From a virus (Duplodnaviria; Caudoviricetes): a DNA stretch of 64,000 bases. How positions within the stretch are numbered: the stretch's first letter is position 1; the number at the start of each line of letters is the position of its first letter. The stretch is taken from the IMG/VR virus record IMGVR_UViG_3300028887_000078; one strand, written 5' to 3'. Shown in pieces: positions 10,126 through 19,534 of the stretch. A program made the translations under genes and the position numbers. A model generated the notes under the pieces. That model was not told where the DNA came from. It saw only the letters and a program-made list of their open reading frames with translations, and did no database searches.

Positions 10126-10641
10126 TCAGAAATTTGGATTGTATGATATGTTCGTGCTGACGTTGATTTCCTCCACGGCGAGAATTTCATAACGGTTGTC
10201 GTCCTTTGACCGCATCACATTCTCCATATAGTCCGCTATTGCTTTCCTGCCGTTACAATCCCGCAACTTTATCTCGACGGATTTGACGTGGATTGTCAGT
10301 GTGGTGTTCCGCGCGTCCCGTGTCAGAACCACTCCCTGTTTAAGGTCGCCTGTCTTTTCGGTTATGCCGTTTGTGTCCATATCGGCAATCTTTCCGAAAA
10401 TGCCGTCCTCCACCAATGCCTTTTCAAATTCGGCAGACCTTGCGTTCCTGTTGAAATATATTGAGATTGTGTCGTCGAATGCGAGGTTTCCGTAGTACTT
10501 GTCGCTCGCACCTATGCAGCATTTCACATTCATAACGAACTCGTACTTCCTGTACGATATTTCACCCTCGAATATGTTGAAACCGTTGCATTTTGGTTTC
10601 ACCATAGAATGTTCCAACAATTCCGTTTCAGTCAGTCTCAT
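10126..10641 (-). CDS. MRITES-tag family hypothetical protein
   Basis: Starts MRLTET at 10641, just after early-type promoter. Confidence 0.85.
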   Translation of the reverse strand: MRLTETELLEHSMVKPKCNGFNIFEGEISYRKYEFVMNVKCCIGASDKYYGNLAFDDTISIYFNRNARSAEFEKALVEDGIFGKIADMDTNGITEKTGDLKQGVVLTRDARNTTLTIHVKSVEIKLRDCNGRKAIADYMENVMRSKDDNRYEILAVEEINVSTNISYNPNF

Positions 10642-10690
10642 AGTTTTTCTTGAATATAATGGAAACTGAAAAAGACCGAAAAACAACCCG

Positions 10691-10698
10691 TATAAATA
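10691..10698 (+). promoter_or_regulatory. T4-type late promoter TATAAATA, representative copy
   Basis: Plus-strand copies at 3732, 10691, 12156, 15937, 29788, 45003, 53885, 56239, 60294; minus-strand copies at 3710, 17635, 18592, 19494, 25759, 38737, 49667, 53907; many precede structural genes. Confidence 0.9.
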
Positions 10699-10769
10699 TA
10701 TTGTCGGTATTGATATATCGGCGATATATTGTAGTTGAATTTAGTATTAACCCTTAAAACTCTAATTGG

Positions 10770-11906
10770 ATGCAAATTCAGAAAGTATGTGTAAGTGATG
10801 GTGACACATTGGAACAAAAAACCATCAATGTCCCCGTTGAGAACGGCGAGAAAATCATTTCAACAGAACCATACATTTTAGACTGTATCAACAAGTACAG
10901 GGCAAGTTGGGGCGGAAGCACGCTTGAGGACATCTCCGACTTTGAAAAGTCAGGAAGCAACCAGCTGCTTGAAAACGTGACCATCGAAAGGACTGACGAC
11001 AAGTTCGTGATAGACCTCAACAAGAAGTATGACTACCAAATGCCCGTTGAGAGCGAACCCGAAGAAGTAGTGTCGAGTTTCGATGTCGGTGTCAAGTACA
11101 AGATTCCCGTCGCCGCAAACACGAAAAATGGCATCAACATTTCAATCAAGGACTCAATCAAACTTGCGGTCAAGAACGAATTGCGTGCCGCCGCAGTGAC
11201 GCACAACACGTCCAATGCCTATTCAGCGCATATAGACGAGTGTATCAACGGAGGTTACTATGTGACCATTCAGGGAGTGAAGTGCTTTATGCCTGGCAGC
11301 ACGGCAAGTCTTTACAAACTGAAGGACTTCGAGAGCATTGTCGGAACCGATGTGATGGTCATACCCACTATGTACAATATGCAGCGGGACATCGTTGTCG
11401 TTTCGCACACCGCTTTCCTTGAGGCAATCAAACCGACCGTGCTTGACAGGGTTATGCAGGAAGAGAGGGACAATGAGTTCACAGGTGTTGTCACGATGCG
11501 CAAGCACGAATATTTGCTCATCACATTCAACGAGTGTCTTGCAGGAAAACTGTCCTATGCCGATATGGACGACGAGACGAAGGAACTTTTCAACAGCAAT
11601 ATGATAGAGGTTGAAAAGACCGAACTCAAGTTCAAAATCGACTATGAGCAGAACGGTCAGTTGCTTCTCACACAGACGTTCAGGACGCGCAAGATATGGG
11701 ACGAGAAGGTTGACGAGGAGTTCAAACCGAAATCGGTTATGGACGGCGTGGTTGTCGGGAACTCGAAGAAGTTCACCCTCGTGCAGTTGAAGTACGGCAT
11801 CATCGGAACGCTCCCGTACAATGAAAGCGCAACGAACGGCGAACATCTGAAAGTCAAGATTGTGAGCGTGGACAAGGAATCAAGAAAAATAAAACTTGCA
11901 CTATGA
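10770..11906 (+). CDS. Ribosomal protein S1-like multi-S1-domain protein
   Basis: GGYYVTIQGVKCFMPGS..IVVSH and VKIVSVDKESRKIKL S1 signatures; late promoter at 10691. Confidence 0.8.
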   Translation: MQIQKVCVSDGDTLEQKTINVPVENGEKIISTEPYILDCINKYRASWGGSTLEDISDFEKSGSNQLLENVTIERTDDKFVIDLNKKYDYQMPVESEPEEVVSSFDVGVKYKIPVAANTKNGINISIKDSIKLAVKNELRAAAVTHNTSNAYSAHIDECINGGYYVTIQGVKCFMPGSTASLYKLKDFESIVGTDVMVIPTMYNMQRDIVVVSHTAFLEAIKPTVLDRVMQEERDNEFTGVVTMRKHEYLLITFNECLAGKLSYADMDDETKELFNSNMIEVEKTELKFKIDYEQNGQLLLTQTFRTRKIWDEKVDEEFKPKSVMDGVVVGNSKKFTLVQLKYGIIGTLPYNESATNGEHLKVKIVSVDKESRKIKLAL

Positions 11907-12115
11907 TAACAGAAAACAAACCGACAATCACGAATGTGGTGTACTCCTCCATAACGAAGGACTTGATTGTAACCTATTCGGATGGCAACATAACCAAGTA
12001 CCTGAATGTTCCGCAGGATGTGTACGAAAGCATCATCAACAGCGGAAAGGTCGTTTCGGACTACCTGAAGGAGAACCTTGACGCGAACTACAGGAAATTA
12101 CAAAGCGTTCTGTGA
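11903..12115 (+). CDS. KTSC-domain protein
   Basis: LIVTYSDG..KYLNVPQDVYESI pattern, 70 aa. Confidence 0.7.
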   Translation: MITENKPTITNVVYSSITKDLIVTYSDGNITKYLNVPQDVYESIINSGKVVSDYLKENLDANYRKLQSVL

Positions 12116-12168
12116 AAGATTCAGCATTTCAAGGTTGAATATGAAATGAAACAATTATAAATAAAATG

Positions 12169-12296
12169 TAGGTGTGGGACGCACCGAATTTAAGCGTGTG
12201 GAGATGCGGGAAATAATTTTGAACGCTATAAAGCATCCAAAACAATCAGCATCGTTGAATCACGAAGATTCCACCTTTAGGGTGGAAACAGTTCAC
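12169..12296 (+). ncRNA. Orphan TnpB omegaRNA / IS200-IS605 right-end-like element
   Basis: GTGGGACGCACCGAATTTAAGCGTGTGGAG...TCGTTGAATCACGAA, subterminal hairpin TTCCACC-TTTAG-GGTGGAA, end ...AGTTCAC; no tnpB in window. Confidence 0.6.
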
Positions 12297-12326
12297 AAAG
12301 TGTTTAACATAAAAAAATAAAATACT

Positions 12327-13433
12327 ATGTCAGCAAAAGACGATACAACAAAACAGTATGAGGAAGACCTCATCAAAGAATTTTCCGAAAGAAACGAAAC
12401 CTCAAACGAAGTGCCTATGGAACTCGGCGCGGGCAATGTGTACGGCAGACCCGACGAACACGAACCTGTGCGAGACCTCGGCAAGGTGAAGAACCCAGGA
12501 AACCGCCCGAATTTTATGACAAGGGATGAGTTGGACAACGACCCTGAAGTGCAGCGTATGAACTCGCTTCTGAACTATGTTCGGGTTCCGATTGAGAACT
12601 TCCCGTCGGAAGGTCGTTTCTACGCGGACGACATAAGCGTGCACATCCGCGCCTGCCGTGTGGGTGAAATCCGCGAATACTCAATGATGGACGAAAGCAA
12701 TCCGAACGACATCATCGACAAGATGAACTATATGCTTGCAAACTGCACGAAGGTTTCCTTCGGAGGTATGCCCGGCAGTTACAAGGACTTGCTTGAGCAC
12801 GACCGTTTCTATCTCATCAAGAGGATTCAGGAACTCACGTTCAAGAACGGAGAGACCGTCATCAACATCCCTGTTCCTGACGGTGCGTGCAAGACACCGG
12901 GTTGCAAACCGCAGACGGAGGTGAAACTGACGAGCGATATGCTCGAAAGACCCGAACCTGACCCGCAGTTGGAGAAATACTACGACCCCGAAAACAAGTG
13001 CTATTCAATCAAGACGAAGCACTACGGCACAATCCAAATCGCCCCGCCGACCATCGGTGTGACAAGCATTGTGAGGGATTGGGCAATCGAAAGGACGCAG
13101 AACCAAAAGCATTGGGACCAAGCGCTCGTGCAAATCATCCCGTTCTTCCGTCGTGATTGGCGCCAGTTCAAGGAGAAGGACGTGTTCAACCTCGCAACCG
13201 AGTTCGAGAATTGGGACGCCACGAAGTTCACCCTCATCTACAGAATGATTGAAAAAATAAATGCGACAGTCGGAATGTCCCCGAACATCCACGTCCGTTG
13301 CGAGTCTTGCGGAGGGGATATGGAAATCCCCGTGATGTTTCAGACCACAAGTGACGATGGACAGGAAGTACGAGGAGGATTCAAATCGCTATTTGTTCCG
13401 CCTATTTCAAATCAACTTGACGAACTTCTTTAG
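12327..13433 (+). CDS. Baseplate hub protein, T4 gp26-like
   Basis: FPSEGRFY, DLLEHDRFY, PPTIG and CESCG motifs; late promoter at 12156. Confidence 0.65.
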   Translation: MSAKDDTTKQYEEDLIKEFSERNETSNEVPMELGAGNVYGRPDEHEPVRDLGKVKNPGNRPNFMTRDELDNDPEVQRMNSLLNYVRVPIENFPSEGRFYADDISVHIRACRVGEIREYSMMDESNPNDIIDKMNYMLANCTKVSFGGMPGSYKDLLEHDRFYLIKRIQELTFKNGETVINIPVPDGACKTPGCKPQTEVKLTSDMLERPEPDPQLEKYYDPENKCYSIKTKHYGTIQIAPPTIGVTSIVRDWAIERTQNQKHWDQALVQIIPFFRRDWRQFKEKDVFNLATEFENWDATKFTLIYRMIEKINATVGMSPNIHVRCESCGGDMEIPVMFQTTSDDGQEVRGGFKSLFVPPISNQLDELL

Positions 13434-13680
13434 GACAAGGGTTCTGCTGATGGAGAATTGGCACATCCAACCTTCGGAAATCGACGCGATGCAGTATTGG
13501 GAGTACGAAATCTCCCTCGAAGAGTACGAAAAGATTCTGAAGGAAAGAAAGGAGGAGCAGGACAAGGAACAGGAGGGTATGAATATGAACCCGCAGAAGA
13601 TGGGAAGCGATATGATGAAACAGGCGCAGAGCAACTTCAAGATGCCGAGTATGCCGAACATCAGTATGCCGCACATCTAA
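13357..13680 (+). CDS. Baseplate hub assembly chaperone, gp51-like (start uncertain)
   Basis: LMENWHIQPSEIDAMQYWEYEI pattern; overlaps the 3' end of the gp26-like gene. Confidence 0.6.
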   Translation: MDRKYEEDSNRYLFRLFQINLTNFFRTRVLLMENWHIQPSEIDAMQYWEYEISLEEYEKILKERKEEQDKEQEGMNMNPQKMGSDMMKQAQSNFKMPSMPNISMPHI

Positions 13681-13696
13681 TCCACCTGCAAAAAAG

Positions 13697-13723
13697 AAAG
13701 ACCGCCAAACGGCGGTCTTTTTT
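13697..13723. terminator. Bidirectional intrinsic terminator
   Basis: AAAGACCGCC-AAAC-GGCGGTCTTT with A/T tracts between convergent genes. Confidence 0.85.
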
Positions 13724-13726
13724 GTT

Positions 13727-14378
13727 TGGAATTATCCATTTTGGTATTGTTGCATCAAATCAAAAAATATCAATGGAATGGATGTCTGTTAATTTTCCGA
13801 TACTTCAAATGTTTCTTGCAAATAATCACCAACTATAATTTCATTGTTTGAAATGACATTTATGATGTTGTCAACATCATTTGTGAATGCTGTACAAACC
13901 GTTTCGATTTTTTCTAAATCTGAAATGTTTTCTTTTTTGAATTTTTCTGCGGTAATTCTTTTTATCATTTCAGATTCATTATAATCATAATCGGATATAA
14001 GCATCCTTTTCAATGTTTTTTCTTTGCTGATATTGTCTTTAATATCAAGGAATTTCAAATTGTCTATACTTGCTTTTAATTCATTTATCCAATGTGTAAA
14101 ATTTATATTTGTGCAGTCAAATAATTGACAGTATTTACACAAACACCAATTTTCAACAAGTTGAAAACGTAGTCCATCTACACGTTCTTTGTATTTTTTC
14201 AATGGAACTGCCATTTCATATATCATTCCAATGCGGTTAATCGTATCGGATACGGACTCATTTGTCATTTCAGAAACCTTTTTAATGTGCGGCATAGCAT
14301 TATTTTTATATCTCTTTATTGAATATAATAAAAATCTTGCAAAAATACGCTTTTTGCAAGATTAAAGGTACAATTCCG
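13727..14378. mobile_element. Inverted-repeat-bounded AT-rich single-gene cassette A
   Basis: IR copies at 13727-13750 and 14356-14378 in opposite orientations. Confidence 0.55.
13789..14295 (-). CDS. AT-rich hypothetical protein with MPHIKKVSEM leader
   Basis: ORF inside cassette A. Confidence 0.85.
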   Translation of the reverse strand: MPHIKKVSEMTNESVSDTINRIGMIYEMAVPLKKYKERVDGLRFQLVENWCLCKYCQLFDCTNINFTHWINELKASIDNLKFLDIKDNISKEKTLKRMLISDYDYNESEMIKRITAEKFKKENISDLEKIETVCTAFTNDVDNIINVISNNEIIVGDYLQETFEVSEN

Positions 14379-14397
14379 TTTTTTTTTGTTTTCTGTA

Positions 14398-15057
14398 TCA
14401 TTGGAAAAACTCTTCCTTGTCGAACATAAAGAACGTGTAGCATTTTTGGGGGTTGAGGTTCCCGTGCGACACCCATTCTTCATACAGCCTGCTTTCAACA
14501 TTGGAGATGTAGAACATTCTTGTCATATTGCAGGCGGACTTCACATTCCACGTCGAAATGTCCTGATTGAATGTGCAGTTTCCCTCGAACATCCTTGAGA
14601 AATCTATCACGTTCGAGACATTCCATTGCGAGATGTCCCCGTTGAAGTTGCTCCCCGCGAACATAGACGACATCATCCTGACGTTCGATACGTCCCATAC
14701 CGACAGGGCGTTCTGCGAGTCGTCGGTGAATTTTGTCTGCTTGAACATACTGTTCATAGTGAGTGTGTCCCCGAACTCCCACATAGAGAGGTCGCAGAAA
14801 ATGCTGCTCCCCGCGAACATAGTGTCGAAGTTCCTGACGTTACGCACGTCCCATCCGCTTATGTCCATACGCATATCGGCGTTCACAAACAGATGCGACA
14901 TATCCTCTATCTGTGAGACGTCTATGAAGTTGAGGTCTGCGTCATTGCCGTTCGTTTTGCATTCATTGAGGCATATTCGTATCAGTTCACTGCAATTTTT
15001 CACACTGACTGACTTGAAACGAATTGACCTGCCGATTCCGCTTTCTGATATTTTCAT
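14398..15057 (-). CDS. DUF285/BspA-like repeat protein carrying the MRITES tag
   Basis: FNGDISQWNVSNVIDFSRMF repeats; starts MKISES. Confidence 0.9.
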   Translation of the reverse strand: MKISESGIGRSIRFKSVSVKNCSELIRICLNECKTNGNDADLNFIDVSQIEDMSHLFVNADMRMDISGWDVRNVRNFDTMFAGSSIFCDLSMWEFGDTLTMNSMFKQTKFTDDSQNALSVWDVSNVRMMSSMFAGSNFNGDISQWNVSNVIDFSRMFEGNCTFNQDISTWNVKSACNMTRMFYISNVESRLYEEWVSHGNLNPQKCYTFFMFDKEEFFQ

Positions 15058-15060
15058 TTT

Positions 15061-15690
15061 TCAAGTTGTTGGATTAGGCGTTTCTTCCTTCAGGAGTTTC
15101 TTTCTCTGATTGTTGAAAACATTGCGTGGGTATTTATACGATTTGGTATCGTCAAGTATACCTGTCACGTCGGTTATCAACCTGACATACTTGACAAGCG
15201 GTTCCATAGAATATACAAGCGGTGTTCCGAAAAACATATACGACATATCAATTATCCCCTCAAGGTTCCAACCGCTTATGTCGGAATTGAAGTTGGACAT
15301 AGAAAACATCATCTGCGCGTACTTCACGTTTCTGACGTCCCATTTCTCTATCCCGTGCCCGTCAAAATCGGACTTGTGGAACATTCTCGACGAGTTTATC
15401 AGGTTACTTGTATCCCAAAGGTCGAGACTTCCGTTGAATTTCGTGTATGCGAACATACCTTCCATTATCTCCACGTTTGAGACATCCCACAGGGAAACGT
15501 CCCCGCAGAATTTTGTGGTGGAGAACAACGCGTGCATATTGATTATCTGCGAAACGTCGAAGTGGTTGAGGTCTGCGTCGTCACCGAGTCTTGACAGTTC
15601 CTCCCTGACGCTTTTCCACAGGTCGACAGTCTCCGTGAATATGCGCTTCGGGACTGTCAGCGTGTTGCCGATGTCTGTCAGTCTCGCCAT
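15061..15690 (-). CDS. DUF285/BspA-like repeat protein carrying the MRITES tag
   Basis: WDVSNV..M..MF repeats; starts MARLTD. Confidence 0.9.
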   Translation of the reverse strand: MARLTDIGNTLTVPKRIFTETVDLWKSVREELSRLGDDADLNHFDVSQIINMHALFSTTKFCGDVSLWDVSNVEIMEGMFAYTKFNGSLDLWDTSNLINSSRMFHKSDFDGHGIEKWDVRNVKYAQMMFSMSNFNSDISGWNLEGIIDMSYMFFGTPLVYSMEPLVKYVRLITDVTGILDDTKSYKYPRNVFNNQRKKLLKEETPNPTT

Positions 15691-15691
15691 A

Positions 15692-15874
15692 TTAGAACAT
15701 CGGGTCGTCGTAATACTCGTCCAATCCGTCGTCTATCTCGTCGGTGCAGTCGTTTTCATAGACATAGTCGTCCATAATGTTCTTTGCGGCGGCAAGGGTT
15801 TCCTTGTCCACATAGTATCCGTCGTTGTGAAGCGAGAGTATGAACCTCGCGCAGGTTACAGCATCTTGTTCCAT
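15692..15874 (-). CDS. Small acidic hypothetical protein
   Basis: Operon packing. Confidence 0.7.
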   Translation of the reverse strand: MEQDAVTCARFILSLHNDGYYVDKETLAAAKNIMDDYVYENDCTDEIDDGLDEYYDDPMF

Positions 15875-15965
15875 TGTGATTTGTTTATTGACTATAAACT
15901 ATATATAACAAAAAGTTTTGTGTTTTTAACCGAACGTATAAATATATCATAATATTTTTTTGCAA

Positions 15966-16928
15966 ATGCCAAGCGTAAGCGATAAACAGCAGAATTTTTT
16001 CAAATGGGTGCAGTCCGTGCAGAACGGCACCGCAAAGAAGAAAGACGCCCCGAAAAGCGTCCTTGACGCGGCAAAGTCTATGACAAAGAAACAGGTCAGT
16101 GATTTCGCAGACCACCTTTCGGTGAAGAAAAAACGCAAACAAGTCAAGGAAAAACATTATATAGACAGAAACATAAAATTGAAAACTATGACGAAGATAA
16201 TGAGAATAGACGAGTTCGTCGCCACAAACTTCGGGCACAAACTCAACGAATCGAACAGTGAGGGTGAAATAGGTCTGTGGTCGTTCCCAGGAACCTATGG
16301 CACACTTTGGGGTGACCTTGAAGACATTGAACTAATCGACAGCAACGAGTTCGAGAATATGTTCGGGCACCTTCCTGAACACGCGAATTTCGATGAATGG
16401 AAAGTGAACCTCGACACGTTCAAAAAAGAACTTGGGGAATTTTACACAACCGAAATTGAGAAACGATACAGGGAGGTTTTCGGAAACACGTTCAAACTTG
16501 AATTTAGCGAATTTTGGTCTCCGAGAGAATACAACTTCAGGAACGACGTCATCTATGCAAAACTGATTGTCGGCAACAACGGTGAGTTTGAAAGCGCACT
16601 TGTTGAAAAAATGAACGAACACAGTGATGTCATTGCAAAGGTGATAAACGACAGGCATTCAAGCAGGTCTGGGTTTGCGTCGCTTATGTCAAACGATTTC
16701 AACGAATGGATTGTCAAAATCAATGAATTTGACACGCAGTATATCGGTTACGCTATGTACTATGCCTACTGTGCCGACACCATTGGAAACGATGTTGAAA
16801 AATGGAACGAACTCGACCTTGACATATATGAACTCGCTAACGGGAACGGACTGACAATGGACGGTTTCTGTGAACCGACAACAGACGAGGCAAAACGCGA
16901 ATACCAAATGTACTTGGATAAAAGATAG
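15966..16928 (+). CDS. Late protein: DUF3008-like N-terminus fused to an MTKIMRIDEF-initiated domain (internal ATG 16188)
   Basis: MPSVSDKQQNFF...SMTKKQVSDFA; late promoter at 15937. Confidence 0.75.
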   Translation: MPSVSDKQQNFFKWVQSVQNGTAKKKDAPKSVLDAAKSMTKKQVSDFADHLSVKKKRKQVKEKHYIDRNIKLKTMTKIMRIDEFVATNFGHKLNESNSEGEIGLWSFPGTYGTLWGDLEDIELIDSNEFENMFGHLPEHANFDEWKVNLDTFKKELGEFYTTEIEKRYREVFGNTFKLEFSEFWSPREYNFRNDVIYAKLIVGNNGEFESALVEKMNEHSDVIAKVINDRHSSRSGFASLMSNDFNEWIVKINEFDTQYIGYAMYYAYCADTIGNDVEKWNELDLDIYELANGNGLTMDGFCEPTTDEAKREYQMYLDKR

Positions 16929-16959
16929 GTTGATATATCGCCGATATATCTCCAAACTT

Positions 16960-16986
16960 AAAGACCGCTTCAAGGCGGTCTTTTTT
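16960..16986. terminator. Intrinsic terminator
   Basis: AAAGACCGC-TTCAAG-GCGGTCTTT followed by T run. Confidence 0.8.
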
Positions 16987-17127
16987 GTATTTTTTGAATT
17001 AAACGTCCGAGTTCCGATTCCTTTGGCGCTTATTCTGAAAATTGAAAAAAAAGCGCCCTGTTTCAAGCGAGGTTGTGTCTAACTTCAAAAACAGGCGCCT
17101 TCCTGCAACCGCCATCTGAACCTTGTT

Positions 17128-17619
17128 CTAAAAGTTGAGTTTCGAGTCTTCCGTGACGAACTTGTATTCCATACCGCATTTGTCGCAATACGCCCTGCAC
17201 GCCTTCGCCTTCTCCATATTCTTTATATACACCTTCGCCTGCCGTTGGTAGTTCTCAAGGGTTTTGGGTGTTTCCCTTTTCGGTTTGACAGGAGGCGTCA
17301 GGTCTTTCTTCGGTTTCACCTCCACGACGATTTTGCGCACAGTGTCCCCCGTCTTGTACTCGAAGTAGAAGTCGGGGAAGTATTCGTGGTACTTTTCGTC
17401 TATTATGCTGAAGTAGTTTATGCGAAGGCATTCGCTCCCCCATTTTATCACGGACGACGACTCGTCGAGGAACTTGCACACCTTGTACTCCCAACTTGAA
17501 CGGTAGATTATCGGCATCTTCCCGCAGTATTTGGCGGGGAACAACGGGTTGTAGTACCCCTGCTTGAACGGGGACTTCCTGCTTCTTATTGTATGTGGTT
17601 GCAACGACTTTATGTCCAT
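17128..17619 (-). CDS. Head completion nuclease, T4 gp4-like (TnsA-type)
   Basis: KY.G..PIIYRSSWE, WGSE, YFPDF, VEVKP motifs; late promoter at 17635-17642. Confidence 0.9.
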   Translation of the reverse strand: MDIKSLQPHTIRSRKSPFKQGYYNPLFPAKYCGKMPIIYRSSWEYKVCKFLDESSSVIKWGSECLRINYFSIIDEKYHEYFPDFYFEYKTGDTVRKIVVEVKPKKDLTPPVKPKRETPKTLENYQRQAKVYIKNMEKAKACRAYCDKCGMEYKFVTEDSKLNF

Positions 17620-17777
17620 AAACAGGTTTTTGTGTATTTATAAATCTATGCAATAGATAAAATAAATGAAACTTGCAGCAATGTGTAAAATATCACGTAT
17701 AGATTCTTAATAGTATTTTGGAATTGTCCCTTTAGTCTTGTACTTTCACTTGTACATATTTCAAACCAACAAAAAAA

Positions 17778-17802
17778 AAAATCCTGCTATTAGCAGGATT
17801 TT
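17778..17802. terminator. Intrinsic terminator
   Basis: AAAATCCTGCTA-T-TAGCAGGATTTT; near-copy at about 60248-60272. Confidence 0.75.
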
Positions 17803-17806
17803 GTTT

Positions 17807-18683
17807 CGGAATTATCCCTTTTAGTCTTGTGAATATGTTGATGAATTTTGCTTCAGATTGAACCACCGTGACATTGAAAGTGCTTGGGAACACTTGTTGG
17901 GATTGGGAATTAACGGGGTGGCGGCGTGACTATATTTCAAACATTATCTGAAATTTGTCTTGATGAAATCAAAAGTTTTATTTGTTTAAGCATCCTAAAA
18001 TCAATCAGATGCTATGCCAAATCCCAATATTTTAGATTTTTTATCGCTATTGAATAATTTGAATGTGAAGAATAAAATCCACAAGTAAAATACAACCTTG
18101 TTGCGCTTTGGTTTTGTCTATAACTTAAATTGCCAAACCCTGTATTTATTACAGTTGCGCCTCCAACAATTTTAAGTTCGTGTTCAAAGTGATACCAAGT
18201 GTTCAATGAATGGGTGTCCATACCGATAAAAGCGGTGAACGGAGGCCAAAACGCATATTGGTTTTTTGACACAGATGCCAAAGTAAATATACTATTGTCC
18301 CCTTTTCTTGTGACATTAGCGTCAAATTCTCTTTTAATCCATAGGTCTGTCTGCGCTATTGGGTACAGATTCACATTGTTTATCCACGCAACATTGCTGT
18401 CGCCGTTACTACCAGTTTGTGAAAACACATAGGCATTCAACGAACTGTTCCAAGCATATTTTCCATTGTTATACAAGGACGCACCGCTTATATGGTCTGT
18501 GATGTCGCCATAGGACAACGGCATATCCAATATAAGTAGTTGTTGTGGGGGGGGGCAATGGTGGCGTATCGGCATAGTATTTAGTTTTTGATATTTATAA
18601 AGTTAATTTTTCAAAAAAGTTGTATTTTTGTGACGTGAAAAATCAATCATAAATATATTACAAGACTAAAAGGGATAATTCCG
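17807..18683. mobile_element. Inverted-repeat-bounded AT-rich single-gene cassette B
   Basis: Perfect 24-bp IR CGGAATTATCCCTTTTAGTCTTGT at 17807-17830 and reverse complement at 18660-18683; extra copy at 17719-17741. Confidence 0.65.
18012..18575 (-). CDS. Late, beta-rich hypothetical protein (possible virion-surface or lectin-like)
   Basis: N/S/Y/W-rich; late promoter at 18592-18599; inside cassette B. Confidence 0.75.
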   Translation of the reverse strand: MPIRHHCPPPQQLLILDMPLSYGDITDHISGASLYNNGKYAWNSSLNAYVFSQTGSNGDSNVAWINNVNLYPIAQTDLWIKREFDANVTRKGDNSIFTLASVSKNQYAFWPPFTAFIGMDTHSLNTWYHFEHELKIVGGATVINTGFGNLSYRQNQSATRLYFTCGFYSSHSNYSIAIKNLKYWDLA

Positions 18684-18708
18684 TTTATTTTTTACAGGTG
18701 GCGTTCGG

Positions 18709-19062
18709 TTAGTCCGTCGTGCTGTAGAAATAGTCGAGTTCCTTTCCTTTGAGGTTGTTCACCGCGTATTCGTCCGCCTCTTTCCACAGGTCGTTGTAGA
18801 GTTCGGCGAATTTGTCGTTCCTTTCATACCACTGCCAAATCTTGTGGTTGAGAACCATCACGAGTTCGGTCAGGTAGATGTAGTTGTCCTTCCATTCGTT
18901 GAATGCCCTTTTGTAGGTGTCCTTGATTGCGTTTATGCCGAACCTGTCGGCGATGGTGAAGTCTTCCCAAAATGTCGTCTGCGGTTTGTAACCCATCTCC
19001 TCCGCCATCTCCCAATGCTCGTTGACTGATGACATCTCGTCTATTGTCATAATGTATGCCAT
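18709..19062 (-). CDS. Conserved phage hypothetical protein with MAYIMTIDEM leader
   Basis: TTFWEDFTIADRFG and YLTELVMVLNHKIW motifs. Confidence 0.85.
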   Translation of the reverse strand: MAYIMTIDEMSSVNEHWEMAEEMGYKPQTTFWEDFTIADRFGINAIKDTYKRAFNEWKDNYIYLTELVMVLNHKIWQWYERNDKFAELYNDLWKEADEYAVNNLKGKELDYFYSTTD

Positions 19063-19083
19063 ATCTCAAAATTTATACTTGCA

Positions 19084-19476
19084 TTATTTATATCTTGCAA
19101 GTTTCACCATATCAATCGCTCCGTTTGTCAGTTCCTTCACCTTTTCACAGAACGCCATATCGTACACACAAACCACGTTGTGTGAGACACTCTTGTAACT
19201 GCTCGGCGGAGAGAACGGCATAAGGCGTGAGAACTGTGTGCGTATAACCTCCCTCCTGTACAGGGCAGCAAGTTTCCCGTCCTTTGTCAGGAACTTCACG
19301 GCGGCGGGTGACATCTCATTGGAGTACATTGGGTTCATCACTTTCGGAACCTGTGTGTCAAACACCTCAACCAATTTCGGCATAATCCATAAAAACAGGT
19401 CTGCGGGTGTCATAGAACCGAACAGACATCCGTTTGTGGTTCGACCGAGCGTGATTTCAAAAAGAGGGGTTTCCAT
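19084..19476 (-). CDS. Late hypothetical protein
   Basis: Start METPLF at 19476; TATAAATA at 19494-19501. Confidence 0.8.
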   Translation of the reverse strand: METPLFEITLGRTTNGCLFGSMTPADLFLWIMPKLVEVFDTQVPKVMNPMYSNEMSPAAVKFLTKDGKLAALYRREVIRTQFSRLMPFSPPSSYKSVSHNVVCVYDMAFCEKVKELTNGAIDMVKLARYK

Positions 19477-19534
19477 TTTTCTCAATTTTTCATTATTTAT
19501 AGATTTTTTTATTATATTCAATAAAAGAACAATT

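Noticed and set aside
16990-17120. ncRNA or tRNA in the intergenic region after the terminator
   Set aside because: Only imperfect GGCGC/GCGCC and CCTGTTT/AAACAGG pairings; no cloverleaf or recognisable family.
17128-17619. TnsA-like transposase acting on the nearby inverted-repeat cassette
   Set aside because: Motifs and the late promoter fit the conserved T4 gp4 head-completion nuclease, and no TnsB/C-like partners are present.
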